A DNA stretch of 64,000 nucleotides from NCBI GenBank assembly GCA_034717835.1, contig JAYELZ010000256.1, forward strand, positions 1,639 to 65,638. The letters are read 5' to 3'. Within the stretch, counting starts at the first letter, position 1, and the number at the start of each line of letters is the position of its first letter. This document shows, piece after piece, positions 20,917-30,345 of this stretch. The position numbers and the translations under genes are program-made. A model generated the notes under the pieces. That model had not been told where the DNA came from and made no database searches. It was given only the letters and a program-made list of their open reading frames with translations. Origin of the DNA: Chloroflexota bacterium (GTDB taxonomy: Bacteria > Chloroflexota > Anaerolineae > B4-G1 > SLSP01).

Positions 20917-21306
20917 ATGGCACGTATTGCAGGCGTAGACCTGCCTCGCGAAAAACGCGTAGAAATTGGGTTAACCTATATCTATGGCATTGGGCGGGCA
21001 ACGAGCAATGATCTTTTGGCAAAAACGCAGATTGATCCTGATAAGCGTGTAAGAGACCTCTCGGAAAGAGATATAGCTCTTCTGCGCGCGGTGATTGATC
21101 AGGAAGTGGTTGTGGAAGGCGATCTGCGGCGTGAAGTACAACGAAATATAAAACGATTGATCGAAATCGGTAGCTATCGAGGATTGCGCCATCGCCGTAA
21201 CCTCCCTGTACGTGGACAGCGCACGCGGACTAACGCGCGTACCAGAAAGGGACGCAAAAAGACGGTTGCTGGTCGTGGCCGAAACCGTGGGATGAAGAAG
21301 AAATAG
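20917..21306 (+). CDS. rpsM: 30S ribosomal protein S13
   Basis: Begins [26 protein letters not shown]. Confidence 0.94.
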   Translation: MARIAGVDLPREKRVEIGLTYIYGIGRATSNDLLAKTQIDPDKRVRDLSERDIALLRAVIDQEVVVEGDLRREVQRNIKRLIEIGSYRGLRHRRNLPVRGQRTRTNARTRKGRKKTVAGRGRNRGMKKK

Positions 21307-21375
21307 CAGTAGTGTGTGCAACATTAATGTTGACTAACATGAGTGTTGCAGAATGTAAAAAAGTTAGGAGGGTTT

Positions 21376-21780
21376 ATGGCTAAAGGTCATCGCGAGCAGA
21401 AAGCGCGAAAGACTCGTCGCGTGAAACGGAATGTGCCTCGAGGGCGTGTTTATATTCATACGACCTTTAACAATATCATTGTTACTGTAACAGATCCCCA
21501 GGGGAATGTCGTGCGTTGGGGAAGTGCTGGCAAGATGGGCTTCAAGGGAACGCGGAAGAGCACCTCTTTTGCAGCGCGGTTAGCGGCGGAAAAAGTTGTG
21601 CAAGAAGCGATGGCTACTGAGGGGTTGCAGGAAGTAGACCTCTTTGTGAAGGGTGCTGGGCCAGGTCGTGAGGCTTCACTGCGTGCTATCGCGGGCACTG
21701 GTATTCGCATACGTTCCATCGTTGATCGCACACCCATACCGCATAACGGTTGTCGCCCATCCAAGAAGCGACGTGTATAA
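21376..21780 (+). CDS. rpsK: 30S ribosomal protein S11
   Basis: MAKGHRE...GRVYIHTTFNNIIVTVTD. The ATG at 21376 has an AGGAGG RBS. The ORF track starts at 21343. Confidence 0.92.
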   Translation: MAKGHREQKARKTRRVKRNVPRGRVYIHTTFNNIIVTVTDPQGNVVRWGSAGKMGFKGTRKSTSFAARLAAEKVVQEAMATEGLQEVDLFVKGAGPGREASLRAIAGTGIRIRSIVDRTPIPHNGCRPSKKRRV

Positions 21781-21801
21781 GGAAGAGATAGGAGAGAATT
21801 T

Positions 21802-22440
21802 ATGGCAAGATATTTAGGCCCTTCGTGCAAGCTTTGCCGTCGTGAAGGCCAGAAGCTTTTTCTAAAGGGACAGAAATGTTTCACCGATAAGTGCCCATTT
21901 GAGAAGCGTTCGTATCCGCCAGGTCAACATGGCCGTGCAGCTTCTTTTCGCCGCCGTAGGTCTTCTAACTTTGCGGTACAGCTGCGTGAGAAGCAAAAGA
22001 CTCGTCGCATCTATGGGGTTTTAGAGCGTCAGTTCCGACGCTATTTCCGTGAAGCAGAGCGGCTGTCTGGCCTAACGGGCGAAAACCTGTTGATGCTATT
22101 GGAAACGCGCTTGGATAATGTGGTCTATCGACTAGGGTTTGCTGATTCTCGCGAACAGGCCCGACAGTTGGTGGGACATGGGCACTTTGTGGTCAACGGG
22201 CGTAAGACTGACATCCCATCGTTCGCAGTCAAAGAAGGGATGGTGGTGGCAGTGCGGCCTGAGAGCCGGTCGAAATCTTTCTTCAAGACTCGTAAAGAAT
22301 TATTGGGAAATGTTGCTATTCCTCAGTGGTTGAGCCTTGATGTTGATGATCTCTCTGGACGATTGGTAAATTTGCCAACTCGTGAGGAGATTGAGGTGCC
22401 GGTGCAGGAGCAGTCAATCGTTGAGTTCTACTCACGCTAA
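21802..22440 (+). CDS. rpsD: 30S ribosomal protein S4
   Basis: [16 protein letters not shown]... with a zinc ribbon and an S4 domain. Confidence 0.94.
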   Translation: MARYLGPSCKLCRREGQKLFLKGQKCFTDKCPFEKRSYPPGQHGRAASFRRRRSSNFAVQLREKQKTRRIYGVLERQFRRYFREAERLSGLTGENLLMLLETRLDNVVYRLGFADSREQARQLVGHGHFVVNGRKTDIPSFAVKEGMVVAVRPESRSKSFFKTRKELLGNVAIPQWLSLDVDDLSGRLVNLPTREEIEVPVQEQSIVEFYSR

Positions 22441-22456
22441 GCAGACAGGAGGCGAC

Positions 22457-23482
22457 GTGGTACTAACAGCGCCAGTTCTGCCCAAAATTGAAGTGGATGT
22501 AACTACTGCCAAATATGGGCGCTACATCATTGGCCCCATGGAGGGTGGTTATGGAGTGACCTTAGGTACTTCGTTACGACGAGTGTTGCTTTCTTCGTTG
22601 GAAGGAGCCGCCATTACTTCAATGCGCCTTACCGATACTTCACATGAATATGCAGCTATCCCTGGGGTCCGAGAGGATGTTCTTCAGGTGATGTTGCAGC
22701 TCAAGCAGGTCCGGATGGTCATGCGGGGCGACGGTACGCAGTATATGACTTTGCGTGTTGCTGGTGAAGGCGTGGTGACTGCTGGTGATGTCATGGCACC
22801 ACCAGAGATAGAGATCATTAACCCGGATCTCTATTTGTTCACCGTTGATGATGATGTCCAATTGGATTTTGAATTCACCGTTGAGAAAGGCCGTGGGTAT
22901 TTACCCGCTAGTGAGCACGAGCGGATGCCCGTGGGTTACTTGCCGGTCGATGCTATCTTTGATCCTATACGCAGAGTGGCTTTTGAGGTGACTCCAGCCC
23001 GGGTAGGCCAGCATACCAATTATGACCGACTTACGATGGAGATTTGGACCGATGGTTGTATTGTCCCCTTAACTGCATTGAAACAGGCGGCTGGTGTTTT
23101 GGTTAAACATTTCCGTCTGGTGGCTGGGGCCGAGATCAAACCCGAGGTGATCGAAACGGAGAAAAGCCTGGAAGAAGAGCATATTTCGGAACGAGCTTAT
23201 GCCACTCCCATTGAGGATTTAGAACTAGGCGTCCGGGTCTATAATGCACTTAAACGTACCGGAATTTCCAATGTTGGTGAAATTTTAGAAATGCTACGGC
23301 ATGGTAGCGATGATGCTTTGCTTGCTATTCGTAATTTTGGGGAGAAATCCCTTGAGGAACTGAAGGAAAATTTAGTCGAATTTGATTTCTTCGCCGCTGA
23401 AAAAGAAGTAACCGCAGAAGAATTTGAAGAAAAAGATTTAGAGAGTTTACTGGAAAGCGACGAGGAAGAGCCGGAACTTTAA
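22457..23482 (+). CDS. rpoA: DNA-directed RNA polymerase subunit alpha
   Basis: The N-terminal domain aligns to alpha (...GYGVTLGTSLRRVLLSS...) and the C-terminal domain is helix-hairpin-helix with an acidic tail. The GTG at 22457 has an AGGAGG RBS. The ORF track's 22382 start overlaps rpsD. Confidence 0.9.
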   Translation: MVLTAPVLPKIEVDVTTAKYGRYIIGPMEGGYGVTLGTSLRRVLLSSLEGAAITSMRLTDTSHEYAAIPGVREDVLQVMLQLKQVRMVMRGDGTQYMTLRVAGEGVVTAGDVMAPPEIEIINPDLYLFTVDDDVQLDFEFTVEKGRGYLPASEHERMPVGYLPVDAIFDPIRRVAFEVTPARVGQHTNYDRLTMEIWTDGCIVPLTALKQAAGVLVKHFRLVAGAEIKPEVIETEKSLEEEHISERAYATPIEDLELGVRVYNALKRTGISNVGEILEMLRHGSDDALLAIRNFGEKSLEELKENLVEFDFFAAEKEVTAEEFEEKDLESLLESDEEEPEL

Positions 23483-23497
23483 GGTAGGAGGTTTAGA

Positions 23498-23890
23498 ATG
23501 CGACATCGTGTCGCGGGTAAAAAGTTAAGTCGTTCAACTGCTCATCGTAAGGCATTGCGCCGTAATCTCGTGATGGCATTGTTCCGTCATGGGCGGATTC
23601 GCACTACACGAGCCAAGGCGGAAGCTATGCGTGGGCAGGCGGAGAAGTTGATTACACGTGCTAAACGTGGTTTGGTGGAAGAAAAGGAAAACCCCGCGCA
23701 GGGTGTTCATGCTCGGCGTGTGGTGGCCTCACAATTGAACAATGATCGCAAGCTCGTGGGGAAACTTTTCGACGAGATTGCTCCACGTTATATGGAGCGA
23801 CCAGGTGGCTATACGCGTATGTTCAAGTTGGGTGTGCGCAAGGGGGATGCTGCCCCCATGGTACTTTTAGAACTGGTAGAAGAGGAATAG
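23498..23890 (+). CDS. rplQ: 50S ribosomal protein L17
   Basis: 130 aa beginning MRHRVAGKKLSRSTAHRKAL. Confidence 0.93.
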   Translation: MRHRVAGKKLSRSTAHRKALRRNLVMALFRHGRIRTTRAKAEAMRGQAEKLITRAKRGLVEEKENPAQGVHARRVVASQLNNDRKLVGKLFDEIAPRYMERPGGYTRMFKLGVRKGDAAPMVLLELVEEE

Positions 23891-23908
23891 TAAGGGAGCG
23901 TTCAATCT

Positions 23909-24637
23909 GTGCGGGTGAAGGCCATCGTTGCCTACGATGGAACCGAGTATAAGGGATTCCAGATACAAAAAGATGTCCCTACGGTGCAGGAGGAATTGGA
24001 ACGGGTTTTAACACAATTAGCCACAGTTCCAATTCGTATTCTGTTTGCGGGACGAACGGATGCCGGAGTACACGCTACAGGGCAGGTTATTGCCTTCGAT
24101 CTAATTTGGCAACATAATCTTGGCAATCTCCACCGGGGTATGAATGCTCTACTCTCTGAGCAAATAGCAATCAAAGGTCTTGAGCAAGTGGCGGAGGATT
24201 TTCACCCACGCTTTGACGCAGTTCGGAGAAGCTATCGCTATAAAATATATCGGGCAGTAGTTCGGAATCCTTTGGTCGGCCGTTACAGTTTGCATATATC
24301 TACAGAACTTTCTGTTCTGGCTATGCAAAAGGCAGCACAATCTTTGATAGGAATACATGATTTTGGGGCTTTCGGTACGCCTCCGCAGGGGAATATCACA
24401 GTTCGTGAGATTTTTGATGCCTCTTGGCAGAGAGCAGACGATTGGTTGATTTTTGATATCACCGCCAATGCTTTTCTCTACCGCATGGTGCGTATTTTGG
24501 TGGGTACTATGTTGCGGGTGGGTTCTAATTCCCTGACGGGAGAAGAGTTCCGAGAGATGTTGCGGACACAGAATCGGAGGAAGGCTGGGCCTGCCGTGGC
24601 AGCGCAAGGACTGACACTTGAAGCCGTGGCTTATTGA
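23909..24637 (+). CDS. truA: tRNA pseudouridine(38-40) synthase TruA
   Basis: 242 aa with the TruA catalytic region ([15 protein letters not shown]). Confidence 0.85.
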   Translation: MRVKAIVAYDGTEYKGFQIQKDVPTVQEELERVLTQLATVPIRILFAGRTDAGVHATGQVIAFDLIWQHNLGNLHRGMNALLSEQIAIKGLEQVAEDFHPRFDAVRRSYRYKIYRAVVRNPLVGRYSLHISTELSVLAMQKAAQSLIGIHDFGAFGTPPQGNITVREIFDASWQRADDWLIFDITANAFLYRMVRILVGTMLRVGSNSLTGEEFREMLRTQNRRKAGPAVAAQGLTLEAVAY

Positions 24638-24704
24638 GTTCTATTCTGGCGGTTTTAGTATTAGGTCAGTAAAGAGCACTCGTATGTTAGAGGGAGTAAT
24701 TAAA

Positions 24705-25151
24705 GTGAAGAATGTAAAAATAGAAAAAACATATATGGCCAAGCCTGGCGAAATTTCACATGATTGGTACATTGTGGATGCGGCAGGTAAGACCTTGGGG
24801 CGTTTGGCTACTGAGGTGGCTCGCATTTTGCGGGGGAAACATAAGCCACAGTACACGCCGCATATTGATAGTGGTGATTATGTCGTCGTCATCAACGCCG
24901 CAAAGGTGGAAGTGACCGGCCGCAAATTGGACCAGAAAAACTATTATCATTTTTCCGGATATCCGAGCGGCTTGAAAGCCACGCCTTTGAGGAAGATGAT
25001 GGAGAAATCCCCCGATCAGGTGATCATCAAAGCGGTTAGAGGTATGTTACCGCATAATGTCTTGGGCCGTAAGGTCATCAAGAAGTTGAAGGTATATGCC
25101 GGCTCGGAACATCCGCATCAGGCACAACAACCTCAACCACTGGAATTGTAA
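24705..25151 (+). CDS. rplM: 50S ribosomal protein L13
   Basis: Aligns to L13 ([28 protein letters not shown]). The start is uncertain: GTG 24705 has an AGGGAG RBS, ATG 24735 has none. Confidence 0.88.
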   Translation: MKNVKIEKTYMAKPGEISHDWYIVDAAGKTLGRLATEVARILRGKHKPQYTPHIDSGDYVVVINAAKVEVTGRKLDQKNYYHFSGYPSGLKATPLRKMMEKSPDQVIIKAVRGMLPHNVLGRKVIKKLKVYAGSEHPHQAQQPQPLEL

Positions 25152-25161
25152 GGAGTCGAGA

Positions 25162-25560
25162 ATGGCAGAGACACGTTATTATGAGGGTTTAGGACGTCGC
25201 AAGCGAGCTACCGCACGTGTTCGCATCTACCCTGGTGGTGCAGGGCAAGTGCTGATAAATGGTAAGGATTACCAAGAGTACTTTGGGCGTAAATTTGATT
25301 GGCGTCATATTGTGTCCCCTTTCAAAGTTACGCAAACTGAAGGACTTTTTGATGTTACCGTACAGACCAAGGGTGGTGGAATTACCGGGCAATCCGAGGC
25401 TGTGCAACTAGGCACGGCGCGTGCTTTGTTAAGGTATGACCCAGACCTGCGACCTGCCTTGCGCAAGGCGGGGTTCTTGACCCGCGATGCGCGTGAAAAG
25501 GAACGCAAAAAGCCAGGTCTGCGCGGGGCGCGCAAGGCGACTCAGTACACCAAGCGTTAA
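25162..25560 (+). CDS. rpsI: 30S ribosomal protein S9
   Basis: MAETRYYEGLGRRKRA...KPGLRGARKATQYTKR. The ATG at 25162 has an AGGAG RBS. Confidence 0.93.
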   Translation: MAETRYYEGLGRRKRATARVRIYPGGAGQVLINGKDYQEYFGRKFDWRHIVSPFKVTQTEGLFDVTVQTKGGGITGQSEAVQLGTARALLRYDPDLRPALRKAGFLTRDAREKERKKPGLRGARKATQYTKR

Positions 25561-25603
25561 ATTTTACAAGCTGAAGTTGCTTTTTAAGTGGATTGCACAC
25601 TGG

Positions 25604-25643
25604 GCAGGTAGATGTTATTACATCTACCTGCTATTGTCTTTTT
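25604..25643 (+). terminator. Rho-independent terminator after rpsI (11-bp perfect stem plus T-run)
   Basis: GCAGGTAGATGttattaCATCTACCTGC followed by tattgtcttttt. Confidence 0.7.
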
Positions 25644-25657
25644 GATAATGATTATAA

Positions 25658-25684
25658 ACGCCACCCTTGAGGGTGGCGTTTTTC
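25658..25684 (+). terminator. Second hairpin plus T-run (ACGCCACCCttgaGGGTGGCGTTTTT) 16 nt before the next gene
   Basis: 9-bp GC-rich stem flanked by an A-run and a T-run, so it could terminate in either direction. Confidence 0.55.
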
Positions 25685-25699
25685 ATATTGGAGGTAGTG

Positions 25700-27130
25700 A
25701 TGTCGCAAATCACGATTGTGGGAATGGGGCCGGGCGGGGCGCAGCATCTTACGCGAGAAGCTTGGCAGGTATTGGCTGGGGCTGATGAGATTTGGCTGCG
25801 TACATTGCATCATCCAGGAGTTGAAGAGCTGCCGCAGCGAATAAAATTATTTACTTTTGATGCTTTTTACGAAGAGCAAGAAACCTTTGAGCAAGTTTAC
25901 CGACAGATTGCGACGAAGGTACTAGCTCTGGGAAAACGTGAACAAGGGGTGATTTACGCGGTTCCAGGGCATCCTTTGGTGGGGGAGTCAGCTGTACTCC
26001 AAATTCTCCGTGAGGCCCAGGTTGAGGGCATATCCACTCAAGTGGTGGCCGGATTGAGTTTCATTGAGCCGGTTTTGACTGCGTTGGAGATCGATGCATT
26101 GGACGGCTTGCAGATTATGGATGCTCTAGCGGTGATGGCCTTGCAACATCCGCCGCTGAACCCTGATTTTCCTGCATTGATTGGACAAATTTACAATCAG
26201 ACGGTGGCCTCTGAGCTAAAGATGACGTTGATGAACCAATACCCTGATGAACATGAGGTGGTGTTAGTTGAGGAGGCCGGAACCGGGGCGCAGCAACTTA
26301 AGCGATTGTCCTTGTACGAGGTGGATCGGCAGCCGGTGGGCTTGTTGAGCGCACTCTATGTGCCCTCTCTGCCGACTTATAATTGCAGTTTCGAGGTCTT
26401 CCAGGCGATAATCGCGCGCTTGCGTGCCCCGGGAGGCTGCCCCTGGGATCGTCAACAGACACACGCGAGCCTACGCGATAATTTGTTGGAAGAGGCTTAT
26501 GAGGTATTAGAGGCTATTGATCGTGGCGACGAGGCGGCCTTGCAGGAGGAACTGGGGGACTTACTGCTTCAAGTGGGGCTACATGCTCAAATCGCTACTG
26601 AATATGGGGAGTTCAGGATGTCTGACGTGATTGCAGGCATCAACGCTAAGTTGCAGCATCGCCATCCGCATGTGTGGGGCGAGGTGGAAGTGGAGGACGT
26701 GGCTGAAGTCCATTTGACTTGGGAAGCTCTCAAGCAACAGGAGCGGGAAGCCAAAGGTCAGGCGGCGCGTTCGTTGTTGGATGGAGTTCCCAAGTCTCTG
26801 CCAGCGCTCGCGCAGGCGTATACTTATGGCAATCGTGCCCGGAATGTGGGTTTTACACTTGATATTCAGGATTTGCAGAGACGTGTGAATGAGTTCCTGG
26901 CCAGTTTAGATAATGCCCAACCGGAGCTACAGACCGCGCAACTTGGCGAACTACTCTTCTCGTTGGTGGATTGGGCCCGTCTGGCGGAGATTGATCCTGA
27001 GAGTGCGTTACGTGAGGCGAATCTGCAGTTTGCGCAACGCTTCCAGGAGCTTGAGTCCGTAGCCCGACAACAGGGTCTCCCACTGGCGGAGTTACGTGAG
27101 AGTGAGAAAGTAACTTTACGTCCTATTTAA
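25700..27130 (+). CDS. Tetrapyrrole-methylase-like domain fused to a MazG nucleoside-triphosphate pyrophosphohydrolase domain (YabN-like)
   Basis: N-terminal ITIVGMGPGG..AVPGHPLVGES matches the TP-methylase fold. The C-terminal region has the MazG EE..E..D motifs (LLEEAYEVLEAIDRGD, LQEELGDLLLQV). Confidence 0.75.
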   Translation: MSQITIVGMGPGGAQHLTREAWQVLAGADEIWLRTLHHPGVEELPQRIKLFTFDAFYEEQETFEQVYRQIATKVLALGKREQGVIYAVPGHPLVGESAVLQILREAQVEGISTQVVAGLSFIEPVLTALEIDALDGLQIMDALAVMALQHPPLNPDFPALIGQIYNQTVASELKMTLMNQYPDEHEVVLVEEAGTGAQQLKRLSLYEVDRQPVGLLSALYVPSLPTYNCSFEVFQAIIARLRAPGGCPWDRQQTHASLRDNLLEEAYEVLEAIDRGDEAALQEELGDLLLQVGLHAQIATEYGEFRMSDVIAGINAKLQHRHPHVWGEVEVEDVAEVHLTWEALKQQEREAKGQAARSLLDGVPKSLPALAQAYTYGNRARNVGFTLDIQDLQRRVNEFLASLDNAQPELQTAQLGELLFSLVDWARLAEIDPESALREANLQFAQRFQELESVARQQGLPLAELRESEKVTLRPI

Positions 27131-27258
27131 GATTGATTAGAGGTGAAGTTGTGTAGCTGTTCCGGTTGGCACTTTAGGGGGAGACTAGTTTGATCATTAC
27201 TTGTTTCCCCTTTTCTTTGGTGTATAATGGATACGTTGCGTTGAGGCGCGACTCATTT

Positions 27259-28443
27259 ATGAATAAAATAGAAAATTCGTTTACAAAAGCTACAGCTATG
27301 GGTACGAGGAGCCTCGGAGATATGGCTAATGCTTTGAGAAAATTTGTTGTAGGGGCTTGGCGATTACTTGGCGAGCGACAGGCCGTTGTTTCACTATTGG
27401 GACGTTACAGCGCGCATATGGCTATTATCGCGTTGGCGTTCCTTTTAATTTCTCTTCAACATTTTTCCTTTGCTAGTACCCTCGTGGCCGGCGGGCCGCT
27501 CCCCTCTTTGAAGGCCGTAGCAGAGCCGCTGGCTACTCCTACCTCTGCCGTTGATGTTCTAGACTCCTGGCAGATTCCAGTGCAGGAGGCCATCACTAGA
27601 AAGGCCTTGCCCTATACGGATATTCCAGAACGAGTACGTCTGGAAGTGATTACTTACACTGTCCAAGCCAATGATACGGTGTGGGGTATTGCCGAGCATT
27701 TTGAACTTGCTCCGACGACCATTGTTTGGTCTAATATGGAGGTTTTGCAAGGCGCTCCGTGGTTGTTGCAGCCCGGCTTGACATTGGATATCCCGCCTGT
27801 GGATGGAGCTTACCATACCGTTGGTGCCGGGGAGTCGGTGACCAGCATTGCGGCTGATTACGAGGTGGAAACCGCGACGATTTACAATATTTGGAATGGT
27901 TTGGAGCGCGGTAACGCGATTCGCGAAGGTCAAATTTTGGTCATTCCCGGGGGTATTGGCGAGGACTTTGATTGGGAGCCGCCGCCACCACCTGCGCAGA
28001 CCGGGGTGGCCTCGGCTAATTATAGTTACGGTTTTTGTGGCAATGTGGGTGTGAGTGGCCCCGGGGCTAATGGTTGGTTTGGGTTGCCTACCGGTTCCTA
28101 TGCTGTCTCTGGATATGTTTTCCATGACCCCCGTAATCCCAGACATAATGGATTAGATTATCGTTGTCATCTGGGCGATGCTATTTATGCGGCTGATAAT
28201 GGGGTAGTTGTTTATGCCGGTTGGGCCAACGGATATGGCAATCTGGTTAAAGTTGATCATGGGAATGGCTTTATGACTTACTACGCACATCTGGACTCGG
28301 TTTGGGTGAGTTGTGGACAGGCAATTTATCAAGGTAGCGTGGTAGGGCCTTGTGGTACGACTGGTTGGTCAACGGGGCCGCATTTGCATTTTGAAATCCG
28401 TAGTGGCGGCGTACCTCAGAATCCGGCTTTCTACCAGCCGTAA
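27259..28443 (+). CDS. Membrane-anchored LysM-domain M23 (LytM-type) peptidase, copy 1
   Basis: TM anchor, two LysM repeats, then an M23 core (HNGLDY, GNLVKVDHGNGFMTYYAHL, GPHLHFEIR). Confidence 0.8.
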   Translation: MNKIENSFTKATAMGTRSLGDMANALRKFVVGAWRLLGERQAVVSLLGRYSAHMAIIALAFLLISLQHFSFASTLVAGGPLPSLKAVAEPLATPTSAVDVLDSWQIPVQEAITRKALPYTDIPERVRLEVITYTVQANDTVWGIAEHFELAPTTIVWSNMEVLQGAPWLLQPGLTLDIPPVDGAYHTVGAGESVTSIAADYEVETATIYNIWNGLERGNAIREGQILVIPGGIGEDFDWEPPPPPAQTGVASANYSYGFCGNVGVSGPGANGWFGLPTGSYAVSGYVFHDPRNPRHNGLDYRCHLGDAIYAADNGVVVYAGWANGYGNLVKVDHGNGFMTYYAHLDSVWVSCGQAIYQGSVVGPCGTTGWSTGPHLHFEIRSGGVPQNPAFYQP

Positions 28444-28448
28444 GGATT

Positions 28449-29570
28449 ATGGTGGGATCAGTAGAAGTACGCGAGCCAGCAGCGTGGCGTGGGCAATTCC
28501 TAACCCAGGCCATTGCTGTTTTTGTGGCTAGAATTTGGCATTGGAACGCGGATCGTTCTGGACAACGTCCGTTACTGGGGCGTTTGGCGGCTCATCTAGC
28601 TGTATTCCTCGTTGCACTGTTGATTTGGGGCGGCGGGGGCTTGCATTTCCCCTCTCTTTTAGGCGTTTCCTCCCAAGCAGCTAATTTGCCTGCCTCCCAA
28701 TTATTGACTGGACAAGTGTCTAATAGCCAGAGCGCGGTGACTTCTACGCGCGCTTATTATCGCGCTAACTCTAGTGGCCTGATTCCGCGCCAGCCTAAAC
28801 CACACACAGCTATCCCCGTCCGTCCACGCTTGGAAGTGGTAACTTATCAGGTACAGCCGGGCGATACCACAGAATCCATTGCCGCGGATTTTGGCCTACA
28901 ACCGACTACTATTATGTGGTCTAATCCCTCTATTGAAAAATCCCCCGATTTGTTGAAGTTGGGACAGGAATTGTTTATTTTGCCGTTAGATGGCGTTTAT
29001 CACACGGTGAAGGAAGGGGACGTTCTAGAATCGCTGGCTGAAGATTATAAAGTCTCGGTGCGGGATATCGTTAAATGCAGATTTAATAGCATTTCTTCCG
29101 AAGGGCGGTTGACGGTAGGTAGCAAAATTATTGTCCCTAGCGGCACGAAACCTTACGAGCGGCAGCAGGTGGTGGCTTATGCTGGCACGGTTTCTGCAGA
29201 GGCCGTCGGAGGGGGGATTTTCTTCTGGCCAGTGCGTGGCTGGATCAGCCAAGGGTACTGGTGGGGGCATCGGGCTGTTGATATTGCGAATGATGTGGGT
29301 ACGGCGATTAAGGCTGCCGATGTGGGGTATGTGAGTTTTGCGGGTTGGACGGATATTGGTTACGGTTATCTGGTGGTGTTGGATCATGCCAATGGGTACC
29401 AAACTTATTACGCCCATCTGAGCGATTTTTTCGTGGCTGCCGGCCAAACTGTGCAGGCTGGGCAGGTTATTGGTGCTATGGGCAGTACGGGTAACTCTAC
29501 CGGGCCGCATTTACATTTTGAGATACGCTATAATCATTATCCGACGAACCCTTTGATCTACTTGCCGTAA
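28449..29570 (+). CDS. Membrane-anchored LysM-domain M23 peptidase, copy 2 (tandem paralog)
   Basis: Same architecture as copy 1 (HRAVDI, GYLVVLDHANGYQTYYAHL, GPHLHFEIR), 5 nt downstream of it. Confidence 0.8.
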   Translation: MVGSVEVREPAAWRGQFLTQAIAVFVARIWHWNADRSGQRPLLGRLAAHLAVFLVALLIWGGGGLHFPSLLGVSSQAANLPASQLLTGQVSNSQSAVTSTRAYYRANSSGLIPRQPKPHTAIPVRPRLEVVTYQVQPGDTTESIAADFGLQPTTIMWSNPSIEKSPDLLKLGQELFILPLDGVYHTVKEGDVLESLAEDYKVSVRDIVKCRFNSISSEGRLTVGSKIIVPSGTKPYERQQVVAYAGTVSAEAVGGGIFFWPVRGWISQGYWWGHRAVDIANDVGTAIKAADVGYVSFAGWTDIGYGYLVVLDHANGYQTYYAHLSDFFVAAGQTVQAGQVIGAMGSTGNSTGPHLHFEIRYNHYPTNPLIYLP

Positions 29571-29606
29571 TCAGGGGCGTAGTTAGTAACTGTTTTGCGG
29601 GCCGTG

Positions 29607-29634
29607 AGGCCCGTTTTTTTATGAGATAATTGTT
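29607..29634 (+). terminator. Rho-independent terminator after the second M23 peptidase gene
   Basis: GCGGGCCgtgaGGCCCGTTTTTTTT. Confidence 0.7.
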
Positions 29635-29654
29635 TACGAGGAGAGGTTGGCACG

Positions 29655-30287
29655 ATGGAGATTACTATAGAGCTGGCACGCGGCTTATATCAAGCGGCAG
29701 ATAGCGTCCATGATTTCGATCATATTTTGCGCGTGTGGCATCTGGCTGAACGTATTGCGTTGGCAGAAGGGGCAGATTTGAAGGTGGTGCGTCCGGCAGC
29801 ATTACTGCATGATTGGGGAAGGGCAGTAGCACAGGCGGATGGAGAGGATCATGCGGCGCTGGCGGCTACCCGCGCGCGCGAACTGCTCGCGGGGGAACCG
29901 CCGGAGTGGGTGACGGCGGTAACACATGCCATTGCCGCGCATCGCTTCCGCACCCTTCCGCACCCGAAGACTTTGGAAGCGCAGGTGCTCTTTGATGCGG
30001 ATAAGTTGGATGCCATTGGCGCCATCGGAGTAGCGCGGGCCTTTGCTTATGGCGGTGCGCATGGCCAACGTTTGTGGGCAGCGTTAGACGAAATCGACGC
30101 GGAACGTTGGGCCGAGGAGGGGGATGCTCCAGACGCTCATACGCCGGTACATGAATTTGTGGTGAAACTCTCGCATCTCAAGGAACGACTTTACACTGTC
30201 ACCGGACGGGCGATTGCGGAGGAGCGGGATCGTTATATGCGGGACTTTTACCGGCGGTTGGATGATGAAGTACGTGGCAAACAGTAG
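29655..30287 (+). CDS. HD-domain phosphohydrolase
   Basis: H..HDxxH..V (DFDHILRV) and LLHDWGR motifs. Confidence 0.7.
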   Translation: MEITIELARGLYQAADSVHDFDHILRVWHLAERIALAEGADLKVVRPAALLHDWGRAVAQADGEDHAALAATRARELLAGEPPEWVTAVTHAIAAHRFRTLPHPKTLEAQVLFDADKLDAIGAIGVARAFAYGGAHGQRLWAALDEIDAERWAEEGDAPDAHTPVHEFVVKLSHLKERLYTVTGRAIAEERDRYMRDFYRRLDDEVRGKQ

Positions 30288-30298
30288 TTGCTATTGGT

Positions 30299-30345
30299 GG
30301 CGGCGCTAGGCTACTGTGTGTGGCCAGCGCCGCCGTTGAGTTTTA
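30299..30345. terminator. Hairpin between the convergent HD gene and lysS (GGCGGCGCT...AGCGCCGCC plus T-run)
   Basis: 9-bp GC stem at 30299-30307 and 30326-30334, followed by gagttttatt. Confidence 0.45.
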
